In this document: one piece after another, positions 25,309-39,380 of the stretch
Layout: each line of letters opens with the position of its first letter
Numbering within the stretch: position 1 is the first letter of the stretch
From: Malacoraja senta
Taxonomy: Eukaryota
Length of the DNA: 64,000 bases
Direction: 5' to 3'
Assembly: GCA_038087875.1 (NCBI GenBank)
Contig: JAXLNO010000073.1
Span: 1 to 64,000 of the forward strand
Made by a program: the position numbers and the translations under genes
The notes under the pieces: generated by a model
The model's input: the letters and a program-made list of their open reading frames with translations, nothing else
Database searches by the model: none
What the model was told of the DNA's origin: nothing

Positions 25309-27910
25309 AAATGTCGGAGGAACTCTGGTGTACCCATGACGTCTCAGGGAGAGCATTGAAACTCAACACTATCAGCTCTACGTGTCCGGATTGAAACAGG
25401 GGCTCCGCAGTTATTTGCCAGCAGCTCTACAAGTTCCACCAATATTAAGTATATTTTCCAGTTACTTAGCGGATTCAGTGTGTTTATTCATTTCAAGTGA
25501 ATATTTGGGCTTCATGTGATTGCCACGTACCCTGAAGTGTTCCATATTAACGAGAGTTGAACAAGGTGATTGATCAAGTCCCCTGTATGAACGCGTTCGT
25601 TTTTGAAGATGGAAGCCAAAGGTTGTTGAGGGAACAGCTGAGGACGGCGGATATATGGATTTCAGCAAGGTATTTGCCAAGGTAGGTGTGGTCGGCTGCT
25701 GGGAAAGGCTACATCGCATGGGATCCAAGGACAGCTAGCCAAATGGATAGAAAATTGGTTTCATGGAACGAACGAGGATGGTGTATTGTCTCCGTGGTTC
25801 CCGGGTCCAAGACGTCTCAAACCGACTTCAGATCATAGAGCAATAGAGCGATACAGTGTGGAAATAGACTTTTCGGCCCAACTCGCACACACCGGCCAAC
25901 AATGTCCCAGTTACACTAGTCCCACTTGCCTGCGCTTTGTCCATATCCCTCCAAACCTGTCCGATCCATATACCTGTCGAACTGTTTCTTAAACGATGGG
26001 ATTGCCACACTTGCCACGCCTGCAGACACTTGCGACTCTCTCCACACTCGTCCCCTGAACTATTAGAAGTTACACCTGCATTTAAACTGCTCCCCTATTT
26101 TCACACTTGGTATAACTACCAGAGATCATCACCAATTGTGTGCCGACTAATCAGTTCTGCATTTGTCAGTTCGATAGCAGTGTGAAAAAGTTACTCCTCG
26201 GATACCTATTAATCCTTTTCCCCTTCTATGTATTAACTATGAAGTTAATACATAGAAGTGCGAGGTGTTGTATGCTGGGCAGTCTATTAAGAGCAGGACC
26301 TCCACAATAAATGGCAGGGCACTGTGGAGTTGTCAAAGGCAGACGAATATAGGGGCATCAGCGCACATTTCCTTGAAACTGGCATAACAGGTAGATAGTG
26401 TGGTCAAGAAGGCTTTCGGCATATTGGCGGTAATCAGTCAGAGTATTTAGTATAGAGATTCGGCGGTCATGTTACAGTTGTATAAGACATTTGTGAGGCC
26501 CCATTTAGTGGATTATGTTTAGTTTTCGTCACCCTGTTATAGGAGTGTTATTGTCCAGCTGGAAAGGGTGCAGAGGATATTTACGAGTATGTTGCTTGGA
26601 CTCAAGGGCCTGAGCTACAAGAAGAGGTTGAGCAGTCGAGGACTTTACTCCTCGGAGCGCAGGAGGATGGGATAATCTCATAGAAGTGAACAAGATTATG
26701 AGAGGTATTGATCGGGTAAATTCGCAGGCCATTGTGTACAGCGTAGGGGAATCGAAACCAGAAAACATAAGTTTAAAGTAAGGGGGAGAAATTCAATGGA
26801 ATCCTGAGAGGTAACCTTTATATTCAAAGGGTTATGGATATATTAAATGTGTTGCCGTAGGAATTCATTGAGGCAGGTACTATCATAAAGTTTATGAGAC
26901 ATTTTGACAAGTACAGATAGGATAGGTACTGGGGCAATCGTAGGCAGGTGGCCACTGGTGTGGATGGGACATGTTTGTCGGTTTGAACATGTTGTGCCGA
27001 GGGCGTGATTCCACGCTCTACGGCGATATGACTATCACACTATGAGTCTCTGACCATGGCCATGAATACCTGAACCTATCCCTATCTCATGTGGATCAAG
27101 ACTTTAATTATACTATTCTTAAATGTCCTGTTAATTCCCTCCGCTTATCCAGAACGCTGTGGGTGGTGGTGAATGTGAAATTGCCGTTTCATCCTAACAA
27201 GATACAAGCTTCCGTCCCCTGCAAAATGCATTGCTCGGTTGGAGTCTAAATGAAGAGGTACTCCCCCATCCCGGGAATGTTTATTTTTCTAGGATCCATG
27301 GCACGTTTGCAACTGGGCTACTGCATGGGAATGCCTCCACCCAGCGGATAAAGTGTTCAAAATTTACGAAACAGCACCTTTAATTTAGAGACAAGTGCAA
27401 GGTCCAGTAAAATTTACCTGCTTATATTTGTAAACAGGCAATGCACACCCTGCCATCTGCACATCAACTGTTCGATACTGCCATTAACTTACCTGCTTCT
27501 AGGTGCCGCACTGTATTATGCAGAGGTTGTAAAATTATGGTCCCACTCAGTGTGATGGCTTCTAAGACTTATAACGGCATGTCACGCAGGCGAGAACTTG
27601 AGCACATCAATGCACCCAGCCACCACTGGACATTACTGCGTGGCACAGTATGCCACTGGCCTCATTGCTTCCATGCTTTATGTTACTTTTGACGTAGAGC
27701 AACTTTATTCAATGTCATAGCACAAATGGAAGGGTTTCGGCAGATTTGTGAGCCCAGAGCTTGAGATTTTAGCGGGCTTACTTGATATTTGCAAATACCC
27801 AAGTGTGCTCTCAGAATAGTGGGCTGAATTCGCGTTTCGTTCCCCTGGAAAGACCCTGCGGAGGTTTTACCAATTCAAATTAATTTTCCACAAATTGTTC
27901 GCGTAATTAA

Positions 27911-28500
27911 ATGATACAATGATACAATGATACAACGATACAATTTATTTGTTGTCATTTGAATCTAAGTTCAAACGAAATTTGGTTTCTGCAGTCATAC
28001 AAACAATTAAAAAGAACCAAGACACAACACAATTTACACAAACATCCATCACAGTGAATCTCCTCCTGACTGTGATGGAAGGCAAAGTATTGTCTCTCCC
28101 CTGCACCCCCCATTCTCCTCCCCATGTCAAAGTCAAAGCCAAAGCTCCCGGCGGGCCTTGGTAAGTAAGTCCCGCGGCCATAAAGACCGCGCCGGGCGAT
28201 GCAAGGCCGCGCTCCGGGTCTTTATCTTTGAGCCCCCGGCGGGCGCTAGCAAGCCCCGCGGCCATTTAAAGCTGCGCCGGGCGATGTAAGGCCCCGCTCC
28301 AGGACATCTTCAACCCCGCAACTCGGTCGGGAGAAGTTGCCGTTGCGGGAGCTCCGAAAAGCGGTCTCCCACCAGGGACCCGCGAGCTCCCGATGTCACC
28401 GTCCACCGGGCCGGCGGCTGGAGCCTCCGAATCTCCGGGGTCGGGCCGCAGCAGCGCGCCACCACAGCTCCTCCCGTTCCGAACTCGGCCAGCACCGCGA
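27911..28500 (-). mobile_element. GC-rich SINE-like element, same family as 15261, with (TTGTATCA)n tail
   Basis: Shares CCTTCCATCACAGT.AGGAGGAGATTCACTGTGATGGATG; empty site GTAATTAAATATACCC at ~14197. Confidence 0.85.
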
Positions 28501-29737
28501 TATACCCAATACTGTTTTATTTTAAACTGTTCTCTGTTATCAATTGGGACAGGTTCAGAATACCCTGTTACATTTCCTTAATGTTAAAGGAGCCACTTGC
28601 AAATGACTTTAATCCTATTCCAGCATTGCCTAACACATGATGCATTATATATCTTCCACTCGCTGCTTGTCTGAAATAGAGAATAGTGTGTCTACTATTG
28701 CCATGCGCCGATGGGCACAGAGTGCACAACTCATAATACACGTATCCTTGGGATTAGTTGCTGCCAGCCTCTTGCAATGTATCTTTTTGCATTTTAGAAT
28801 AATTACCTTAAAAACATTTTGGATCGGACGAAATTGACAAGCGTATTATATTGCATGGACCCGCATTTGGTTCTCACCTGACACATGCTGAATTTCAAGC
28901 ACAATAAATATTTGCATTCTTGGAGAGAGGAATCCTGCCTGTTTATTTACATTTTACAAGACAAACACTGGGAATACATCAGAGCAAGCTTTTCCAAGAG
29001 AACACAAACTGAAAATCAGTAATTCAAAGTTCCTGACCAAAATAATTACACTCTGTGGAATTGCATTGTTGTTAACAAAAGATATTTATGAAACACCAAT
29101 TCCGAAATAATCGATTTCAAATTTCTAGTGTACGCTAATTATAATATTCGTAAATACCAATTTATTTCTGTAATTTTTAGTTTATGGTTTAGAGATGCAG
29201 CGCGGAAACAGGCCCTTCGGCCGTCCGAGTCAGCACCGACCAGCGATCCTTGAACATTAACATTATCTTACACACAATTGTGTGACTGATCTGTCGTTGA
29301 ATCTAGCTTTACGTTGTGCCCTGTCGCCCTTTTAATCATTGTTCAAGTCTGGAGATCACCAAACAAATCTTCGTCAAGACGCGGTGCGATTCCGACACAT
29401 ATCCGTTTATTCAAGGACTGAACAGTACATATTGGGAAACACTTTGAATGGATTCAAAACTTTGAGTTTACTGCCATTTTTACCTACAGGTTGTTTAATG
29501 GCTCGCGACACAATGGTTATATGAAGATTTCATGTTCTAGAAATATGTCATCAGTGATCAAAGTTTCCTTGCAGTCTTTCATTCTTGTTTTAGATCTGTT
29601 TCCTGATTCACCCGATTATCTGGCAAATGCGTGTCATAAAGCGACACCACTTTTCTCATGATAAGCCCTATGTTGCGGTTTACTCCAGCCAACTAGACCT
29701 AGTAATCTAAACCTTTCCTAAAATTGTTCATATATTC

Positions 29738-31146
29738 TGCTTTAAAAGGGCATCAATTATACCGGTGCCCAAGAAGACCAAGGTGTTGTGCCTCAATGAC
29801 TATCGACCAGTGGCACTAACGTCGGTGAGGAAGTGCTTTGAGAGGTTGATCATGGCGCAAATCGGCTCCTACCTCGACAAAAAGCTGGACCCACTACAGT
29901 TCTCCTACCGCCACAACAGATCAACGGTGGATGCGATTTTGCTGGCTCTCCATTCCGCTCTGGACCACCTGGACAACAAAAACTCGTATGTCAGTCTGTT
30001 AAACATTGATTACAGCTCGGCATTTAATACAATCATCCCCTCCAAGCTCGTGACCAAACTCGCAGAACTCCCTCTGCAATTGGACCCTTGACTTCCTCAT
30101 TCACAGACCACAGACTGTTCGTATTGGTGGAAATGTGTCAGCCTCGATAACAATCAGCACGGGAGCACCTCGAGGCTGCGTGCTCAGCCCCCTGCTGTAC
30201 TCATTCTATACTCATGACTGCGTAGCCGATCTTCGCGCGATCTCCATCATCAAGTTCGCTGACGACACCACTGGTGTGGGACGTATCACTGATGGAGATG
30301 AGTCAGAGTATAGAAGTGAGATCGACCGACTGCCCAAATGGTGCCAGCACAATAACCTGGCCCTCAACACCAGCAAAACCAAGGAACTGATTGTGGACTT
30401 TGGAAGGGGTAGGATGGGGACCCACAATTCTGTTTATATCAACGGATCGAAGGTGGAAAGGGTCAAGAGCTTCAAATTCCTGGGCGTGCATATTTCTGAA
30501 GATCATTCCTGGTCCGAGAACACTGATGCAATTGTATATAAAGCACATCAGCGCCTCCACTTCCTGAGAAGATTACGGAGAGTCAGTATGTCACGGAGGA
30601 CTCTCTCTACCGTTTACATGTGCACAGTAGAAAGCATGCTGACTGGTTGCATCGTGGCTTGTTTCGGCAAATTGAGCGCCCTGGAGCGGTAAAGACTACA
30701 AAAAGTAGTAAACACTGCCGAGTCCATCATCGGCTCTGACCTACCTTCCATCGAGGGGATCTATCGCAGTCGCTGCCTCAACAGGCTGGCAGCATCCTCA
30801 AGGACCCACACCATCCTGGCCACACACTCATCTCCCCGCTACCTTCAGGCAGAAGGTACAGGAGCCTGAAGACTGCAACGACCAGGTTCAGTAATAGCTG
30901 CTTCCCCACAGCCATGAGGCTATTAAACTCGGCTCGGACAAAACTCGGAACATTAATAGATTATCTGTTTATTTGCACTTTATCCGTATATTTATTCATG
31001 TGGGTATATATTTATATAATGGTATATGGACACACTGATCTGTTCTGTATTCACGCCTACTATGTTCTGGTGTGCTGAAGCAAAGCAAGAATTTCATTGT
31101 CCTAACAGGGACACATGACAATAAACTCTCTTGAACATGAACTTGA
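29738..31146 (+). mobile_element. Rex1/Babar LINE copy 3 (duplication-derived, begins at the junction)
   Basis: ORFs 29765 and 30135; abrupt start TATATTCT|GCTTTAAAAGGG. Confidence 0.9.
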
Positions 31147-32409
31147 TATTTCTGCCAGTGATAAGCAATGTCTTAGCAATGATTTTTAAACCATTTATGC
31201 CATTGCATATTTTCAACTGCGCGCTTCACTCAAATCTAAATCATAAAGTCACATAATGTGTTCACAGCGCCGACTGCTACATGTCCCGCCATTGAACAAG
31301 GTCCTACAGGCAACATTCGTTTCAACGTGCCCAGCATTCCCATTAGCTCATCCAGGTGCTACCACTCATCGACGTATCTTAAACAGTCAAATCAGCCGAA
31401 CAACACCCATGTCTTTCAAATGTCGGAGGAACTCTGGTGTACCCATGAGGTCTCAGGGAGAGCATTCAAACTTAACACTATCATCACTACGTGTCTGGAG
31501 TGAAACAGGGCTCCGCAGTTATTTGCCAGCAGCTCTACAATTTCCACCAATATGAAATGTATTTTCCAGTTCCTTAGCGGTTTCAGTGAGTTTATTAATT
31601 TCAAGTGAATAGTTGGGCTTCATGTGATTGGCACGTATCCTGAAGTGTTCCATATACACGAGAGTTGAACAGGGTGATTGATCAAGTCCCCTGTATGTAA
31701 GCGTTCGTTTATGAAGATGGAAGCAAAAGGATGTTGAGGGAACAGCTGAGGACGGCGGATATATGGATTTCAGCAAGGTATTTGCCAAGGTAGGTGTCGT
31801 CGGCTGCTGGGAAAGGCTACATCGCATGGGATCCAAGGACAGCTAGCCTAATGGATAGAAAATTGGTTTCATGGAACGAACGAGGGTGGTGTATTGTCTC
31901 CGTGGTTCCCGGGTCCAAGACGTCCCAAACCGACTTCAGAACATAATCATAGAGCGATACAGTATGGAAATAGACTCTTCGGCCCAACGCGCCCACACCG
32001 GCCAACAATATCCCAGTTACACTAGTCCCACTTGCCTGCGCTTTGTCCATATCCCTCCAAACCTGTCCGATCCATGTACCTGTCGAACTGTTTCTTAAAC
32101 GATGGGATTGCCACACTTGCCACGTCTCGAAACACTTGCGACTCTCTCCACACTCGTCCCCTGAACTATTAGAAATTACACCTGCATTTAATCTGCTCCC
32201 CTAATTTCACACTTGGTATAAATAACTGAGATCATCACCAATTGTGTGCCGACTAATCAGTTCTGCATTCTGTCAGTTCGATAGCAGTTCTGAGTTCTGT
32301 CGTTTCCAGGTCTGTGTCGTTGGGTTCCATTCCCGTTTGGATTTGGGGTTTTCTTCAGTACTTCTCGGTGAGCCTGCATTCGAATCCTTTCCATTTGTGA
32401 GCCTGTTCC

Positions 32410-33850
32410 ATTTCTGAGCTTGTTCCATACACCCACCACATTTTGTGTGAAAAACTTACTCCTCGGATACCTATTAAATCGTTCCCCTTCACGTTGAACC
32501 TACGTCCTCTGGTCCCCGATTCCCCTCCTCTGGCTAAAAGACTGTGTGCATCTACGCGATCTATTCCTCTCCTGATTTTGTATATTTCTATGAGTTCTAC
32601 CCTAATCATCCTACGTTCTATGGAATAGAGTCCCAGCCTAATCAACCTTTCCCCATAGCTCACATCCTCTAGTCCTGGCAACATCCATGTAAATCTTTTC
32701 TGAATCATTACAGCTTGAAAATATCTTTCCTATAACATGGTGCCCAGAACTGAGCACAATATTCTAAATGCGGTCTCACCAACGTCTTGTACAATGAAAG
32801 TTAGCTGCCTGGATAGAAAATTGACCGTTGAAGGGAGCAGAGAGTCATGGTGGAAGGTTGCTGTTCCTTTGGAAACCTGTGACTAGTGGCGTGCGTCAGG
32901 ATTCGATGCTGGGCCCATTGCTGTTTGTCATCTGTATAAAAGATCAGGATTGGAAAATACAAGGCTTACAGATGATGCTTAAGTGGATGGTATTGTAGAT
33001 AGTGAAGATGGTTGGATAAAATTCAAGCCGGATCTTGATCGGTGGCGAAACAAGGCTGAGGAAAAGTTGATGGATGTTAATACATAGAAGTGCGAGGTGT
33101 TGTATGTTGGGTAGTCTATTAAGAGTAGGGCCTCCACAATGAATGACAGGGCTCTGTGGAGTTTTGAAAGGCAGCGGAATATGGGTGCATCAGCGCACAT
33201 TTCCTTGAAACTGGCATAACAGGTAGATAGTGTGGTCAAGAAGGCTTTCGGCACATTGGCGGTAATAAGTCAGAGTATTTTGTATAGAGATTCGGCGGTC
33301 ATGTTACAGTTGTATAAGACATTTGTGAGGCCCCATTTAGTGGATTATGGTTAGTTTTCGTCACCCTGTTATAGGAGTGTTATTGTCTAGCTGGAAATGG
33401 TGCAGAGGATATTTACGAGTATATTGCTTGGACTCAAGGGCCTGAGCTACAAGAAGAGGTTGAGCAGTCGAGGACTTTACTCCTTGGAGCGCAGGAGGAT
33501 GGGATGATCTCATAGACGTGTACAAGATTATGAGAGGAATTGATCGGTTAAATGCGCAGGCCATTTTTCACAGCGTAGGGGAATCGAGAACCAGAAAACA
33601 TAAGTTTAAAGTTAAGGGGAGAAATTCAATGGAAACCTGAGAGGGAACTTTTATATACAAAGTGTTATGGATATATTAAATCTGCTGCCGTACGAAGTCG
33701 TTGAGGCAGGTACTATCATAAAGTTTATGAGATCGCAGTCAGGTGGCCACTGGTGTGGATGGGACATGTTTGTCGGTTTGAACATGTTGGGCCGAAGGGC
33801 CTGATGCCACGCTCTACGACGAAATGACTATCACTCTATGAGTCTATGAA
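32410..33850. mobile_element. Old CR1 fragments (minus ~32410-32795; plus ~32800-33850)
   Basis: IQKRFTWMLPGL..RLGLYS (32355-32708); plus-strand GTGACTAGTGGCGTGCGTCAGGATTCGATGCTGGG (VTSGVPQGS-like). Confidence 0.7.
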
Positions 33851-35540
33851 AATGGCCAGGAATCCCTGAACCTATCCCTATCTCATCTGGTTCAAGTCTT
33901 TAATTAGACTGCTGTTAAATGTCCTGTTAATTCCCTCCGCTAATCCAGAACGCTGTGGGTGGTGGTGAATGTGAAGTTGCCGTTTCATCCTAACAAGATA
34001 CAAGCTTCCGTCCCCTGCAAAATGCATTCCTCGGTGGGAGTCTATATGAAGAGGGACTCCCCCATCCCGGTAATGTTTCTTTTTCTAGGATCCATGGCAC
34101 GTTTGCAACTGGGCTACTGCATGGGAATGCCTCCACCCAGCGTATAAAGTGTTCAAAAGTTACGAAACAGCACCTTTAATTTAGAGACAAGGGCAAGGTC
34201 CAGTAAAATTTACCTGCATATATTTGTAAACAGGCAATGTACACTCTGCCATCTGCACATCAACTATTCGATACTGCATTAACTTACCTGCTTCTAGGAG
34301 CCGCACTGTATTATGCAGAGGTTGTAAAATTATGGGCCCGCTCAATGTGATGGCTCCGTGCATTTAATAACAACGTGCGGCAACTTTTTCTGGCTGATCC
34401 TTTCTCTCACTCCCTCAATACCAAAAGTGATCCACTGATATCCAAATTATTGGCCAAGCTCACGACCCCTTCATAATTGTCTATCCATATCGGGATCTAA
34501 AAACGTCTCAAATTTCACATGTTTAGTCGCACGTTCAACTTCTGCCTATTGGGGACGCCTGCTTGCGGTGGCTGTTATAGTGATCTCGAGGATACTGACA
34601 CCGTTCCGCTCTCGTTCTGAGTTGAAGTCCTGTGCGCGCATTTTGTAATCGGCGTATTTATACTTGAAAACCCGAATCCAAGAAAAACAGTTGGCTGTGC
34701 TTTAAAACTGGCTGTCCTCCCCAGCAACAAGAAAATTAGTTTTTTTGGCGTATCAGGCGTCGTGCTAGTCTGGGATTTCGTTGAGAACATTACAGTTAAC
34801 CTCAGTGATGGCCTGACGATTACTGGATCTTCTACGTTAGTCACAGTATTGTCCCAAATATCCAATTGTTGTTCTAAGCGACTTTGCTTACGTCAGTGTT
34901 GTTATTTTCGCTCAAAATCATATATGTGGCGTTTAGCTCACAACTCCTTTTGTTGACGGTGTCTGTTTAACCGTTAAATGACAGCCGATCCATTCCTCCA
35001 CAGGTGCTGCTTGACCAACTGAATACCTTCACGTAATCGTTTGTTGAAGGAAATGCAGCTGCCTGAGATGAATGATCCAAAGACTGGTAATATTAACACG
35101 AATCTGTATTGTTGCCTTGAGATTGTGCAGTTTTGTGTCAAGCAGCTTGGCCTCAACCATCAGGACAGACGCTTATTTGACAACGAACCGAATTTGGCTT
35201 CGGGTAAGTGAGGTCCCGTCACAATATTGTAATCTGGATGGTCAGCTCTTGTGGAGAATAATGGCGGTTCATCAGAAAGAGGCCCTGCGGCAGATTGTTT
35301 CCGCATCTCAGTGTCACAGACCAGGCTTCACTTACAGGTGTCCTGGCATTCGCATTGAACGTAGCTCCTGTAGAAACATAGTCTGTCATAGACAAGGAAA
35401 GGAGCAGTGACAGAGAGTTGCAAGCACCCTGACAGACATAGGCAGAAACACTCACAGTGGTGCTCATAGACAGACGCTGGAACAGTCACAGTGGTCCACC
35501 TATTATTGTCTATTTATTACTATCTCCCTAATTTGCCATT

Positions 35541-37297
35541 TAGAAACATAGAAACATGGAAAAATAGGTGCAGGAGTAAGCCATTCGGCCCTTCGAGCCT
35601 GCACCGCCATTCAATATGATCATGGCTGATCATCCAACTCAGCATCCTTTACCTGCCTTCTCTCAATACCCCCTGATCCCTTTAGCCACAAGGGCCACAT
35701 CTAACTCTCTCTTAAATATAGCCAATGAACTCTCCTCAACTACCTTCTGTGGCAGAGAGTTCCTGAGATTCACCACTCTCTGTGTGAAAAAGTTTTTCTC
35801 ATCTCGTTCCTAAAGGATTTCCCCTTTATACTTAAACTGTGACCCCTTGTCATGGACTTCCCCAACATCGGGAACAATCTTCCTGCATCTAGCCTGTCCA
35901 ACCCCTTAACAATTTTGTAAGTTTCTATAAGATCCCCCTCAATCTTCTAAATTCTAGCGAGTACAAGCCGAGTCTATCCAGTCTTTCTTCATATGAAAGT
36001 CCTGACATCCCAGGAATCAGTCTGGTGAACCTTCTCTGCACTCCTTCTATGGCTATAATGTGCTTCCTCAGATTTGGAGACCAAAACTGTACGCAATACT
36101 CCAGGTGTGGTCTCACCAAGACCCTGTACAACTGCAGTAGAACCTCCCTCCTCCTATACTCAAATCCTTTTGCTATGAAAGCTAACATACCATTCGCTTT
36201 CTTCACTGCCTGCTGCACCTGCATGTCAACTTTCAATGACTGTGTACCATGACACCCAGGTCTCGCTGCATCTCCCCTTTTCCTAATCGGCCACCATTTA
36301 GATAATAGTCTGCTTTCCTGTTTTTGCCACCAAAGTGGATAACCGCACATTTATCCACATTATACTGCATCTGCCAAACATTTGCCCCCTCACCCAGCCT
36401 ATCCAAGTCACCTTGCAGGCTCCTAGCATCCTCCTCACAGCTAACACTGCTCCCCAGCTTAGTGTCATCCGCAAACTTGGAGATGTTGCCTTCAATTCCC
36501 TCATCCAGTTCATTAATATAAATTGTAAATAGCTGGGGTCCCAGCACTGAGCCTTGCGGTACCCCACTAGTCACTGCCTGCCATTGTGAAAAGGACCCGT
36601 TTACTCCTACACTTTGCTTCCTGTTTGCCAGCCAGTTCTCTAACCACATCAATACTGAACCCCCAATACCGTGTGCTTTACGTTTGTATACTAATCTCTT
36701 ATGTGGGACCTTGTCGAAAGACTTCTGAAAGTCCAGATACAACACATCCACTGGTACTCCCATATCCACTCTACTAGTTACATCCTCGAAAAATTCTATA
36801 AGATTCGTCAGACATGATTTACCTTTCGTAAATCCATGCTGACTTTGTCCAATGATTTCACCACTTTCCAAATGTGCTGCTATCCCATCTTTAATAACTG
36901 ACTCTAGCAGTTTCCCCACTACCGATGTTAGACTACCTGGTCTGTAATTCCCCGTTTTCTCTCTCCCTCCCTTCTTAAAAAGTGGGTTTACGTTTGCTAC
37001 CCACCAATCCTCAGGAACTACTCCAGAATCTAAAGAGTTTTGTAAAATTATCACTAATGCATCCACTATTTCTGGAGCTACTTCCTTAAGTACTCTGGGA
37101 TGCAGCCTATCTGGCCCTGGTGATTTACCGGCCTTTGAGCCATTCAGTTTACCCAACACCACTTCCCGACTAACCTGCGGTCCCCTGCTATTTCCGGCAG
37201 ATTATTTATGTCTTCCTTAGTGAAGACGGATCCAAAGTAGTTATTCAATTGGTCCGCCATATCCTTGTTCCCCATGATCAATTCACCTGTTTCTGAC
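35541..37297 (-). mobile_element. CR1 LINE RT and 3' end
   Basis: ORF 36233-37162 (KSPGPD, QHGF, YLDFQKSFDKV, SGVPQGSVLGP, FADDTK); (TTTCTATG)n tail at 35541. Confidence 0.93.
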
Positions 37298-39380
37298 AAA
37301 TCACTGGATGGATTTAATAGAGAGTTAGATAGAGCTCTAGGGGCTAGTGGAGTCAAGGGATATGGGGAGAAGGCAGGCACGGGTTATTGATAGGGGACAA
37401 TCTGCCATGATCACAATGAATGGCAGTGCTGGCTAGAAGGGCCGAATGGCCTCCACCTGCACCAATTTTCTATGTCTCTATGTTTCTATGTTTCTTTCCC
37501 AACGTGTAAACGTTTTGTCGATAATAGATGATTTAAACGTCGGATTATTAACAATAGGAGAGAGAAGCGATAGGTTTCTTAATTTGAAAGATAATTTTAT
37601 TTGTTTCCAAGTTCGTATTGTACTATGAATAATTGGATTTTTCTTGTATATAGTATTATTCAATTTTATCGGTGAAAGAAGGATCGCTCTTATATTAAAA
37701 GGAGAGCAATCCTCTCTCTCCATTACTATCCAATATACCTGTTGGGCAGAATTGTCCAACAAGTAAATTACATTTTTGATATTCGTTGTCCAGTGGTAGT
37801 ACAAAAAATTGGGTAGTGTCAGTCCTCCGAATTCTTTCGGTTTACACAGGTGTCTTCTTTCAATTCTGTGGGATTTATAGTCCCATATGAAATGTGTGAT
37901 ATCAGAGTCGAGTTTTTTTTTAAATGTCGGTGAACATATTGGTATTGATTGAAATAAATATAAGATTTGTGGCAAAAAAATCATTTTTATGTCATTTATT
38001 CTGCCTATTAAAGACGGTAGTGTTTTCAAAAATTTAATCAAAGCATTTATTTAGTAAGTAAGGGCATATAATTTGCATTGAATAAAGCTTTATACTTTCT
38101 GGTAATTGAATACCTAGATATTTAAATTTTTCTGTAGCAATTCTAAAGGGGAAGTTCAAAAGGTGTGTCGATTCTTGAGATCTTATCGTCATAATTTCGC
38201 GTTTATTCTAGTTTATTCTATATCCTGAGAAGGATCCAAATTCCTCTATTAAATTTAATATATTTGGAATGCTGATTTGAGATTTTGTAATATATAATTA
38301 TACGTCGTCTGCATACAGTGATATTTTATTATTTGAATGTTTTGTATTATAACCGTGGATGTTCGGATGCGTTCTTAAACTTTCTGCTGAGGGTTCTATC
38401 ACAAGAGCGAATAGCAGGGGTGATAGTGCACATCCCTGCCTATTGCCCCTGGATAGTTGAAATTTCGGGGAGAGTATATTATTGGTCAGTATTCTAGCAG
38501 TCGGCTTGTCATATAATAAATTTACCCATAAAATGAAATTCTCTCCCATTTGAAATTTTTGCAGTACTTTGAAGAGATAGTCCCATTCCACCTGATCGAA
38601 TGCTTTTTCTGCATCCAATGAAAGAATTGATAAGTCTTCCTCTTCAGGCCCTATTGCTGAGAAGGGTAAGGAAAAGAAGAGGAGGGCAGTAGTAATAGGG
38701 GACTCTATAGTTAGGGAGTCAAATATGCGATTCTGTGGACGCAGTCAGGAGACCCGGATGGTAGTTTGCCTCCCTGGTGCCTGGGTTTGGGATGTGTCTG
38801 AACGTGTGCAAGATATCCTGAAATGGGAGGGAGCGGAGCCCGAGGTCGTGGTACATATAGGTACCAATGACATAGGTAGAAAAGGGGAAGAGGTCCTGAA
38901 AGGAGAATTTAGGGAGTTAGGAGGAGAGTTAAGGAGAAAGACCGCAAAGGTAACAATCTCGGGATTACTGCCTGTGCCACACGACAGTGAGAGTAGGAAT
39001 GGAGCCAGGTGGAGGATAAATGCGTGGCTGAAGGACTGGTGCAGATGGCAGGGATTCAAGTATCTGGATCATTGGGGCCTCTTTTGTGGAAAGTGTGACC
39101 TGTACAAAAAGGACGGGTTGCACTTGAACCCAAGGGGGACCAATATCCTGGCAGGGAGATTTGCAAAGTCTACTGCGGAGACTTTAAACTAGAACGGTTG
39201 GGGGGAGGGACTCGAATAGAGAAAGCTAGTAGACAGTGTGTGAGGCAGGAGGCAGAGAAAGGGAAGCACTCAGACCCAACATGTAGGGGGGAAAGAAGAA
39301 AAAAATTATAAACAGAGAATAAGAGGTGGTGGGTTTCTTAAATGTGTGAGCAGAGAGACAGAGGTGTGTAAAATGAGGGT
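37295..39380. repeat. Left arm of ~2.1 kb inverted duplication
   Basis: Reverse complement of 40166-42253; mirrored ORFs 38298/40928, 38745/40487, 37446/41920. Confidence 0.93.
37490..38646 (-). mobile_element. L1/Tx1 RT fragment (duplicated copy)
   Basis: DAEKAFDQVEW, GNRQGCALSPLLF, ISLYADDV. Confidence 0.9.

Larger units (their letters stand above)
22735..29737. repeat. Segmental duplication copy B (block X, CR1 relic, block Y)
   Basis: Contains both X and Y blocks joined through a CR1 RT relic at ~26230-27050. Confidence 0.85.
29738..34357. repeat. Segmental duplication copy C (tandem to copy B, truncated)
   Basis: Same order X, CR1 relic, Y; homology ends at GTGATGGCT ~34357. Confidence 0.85.
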
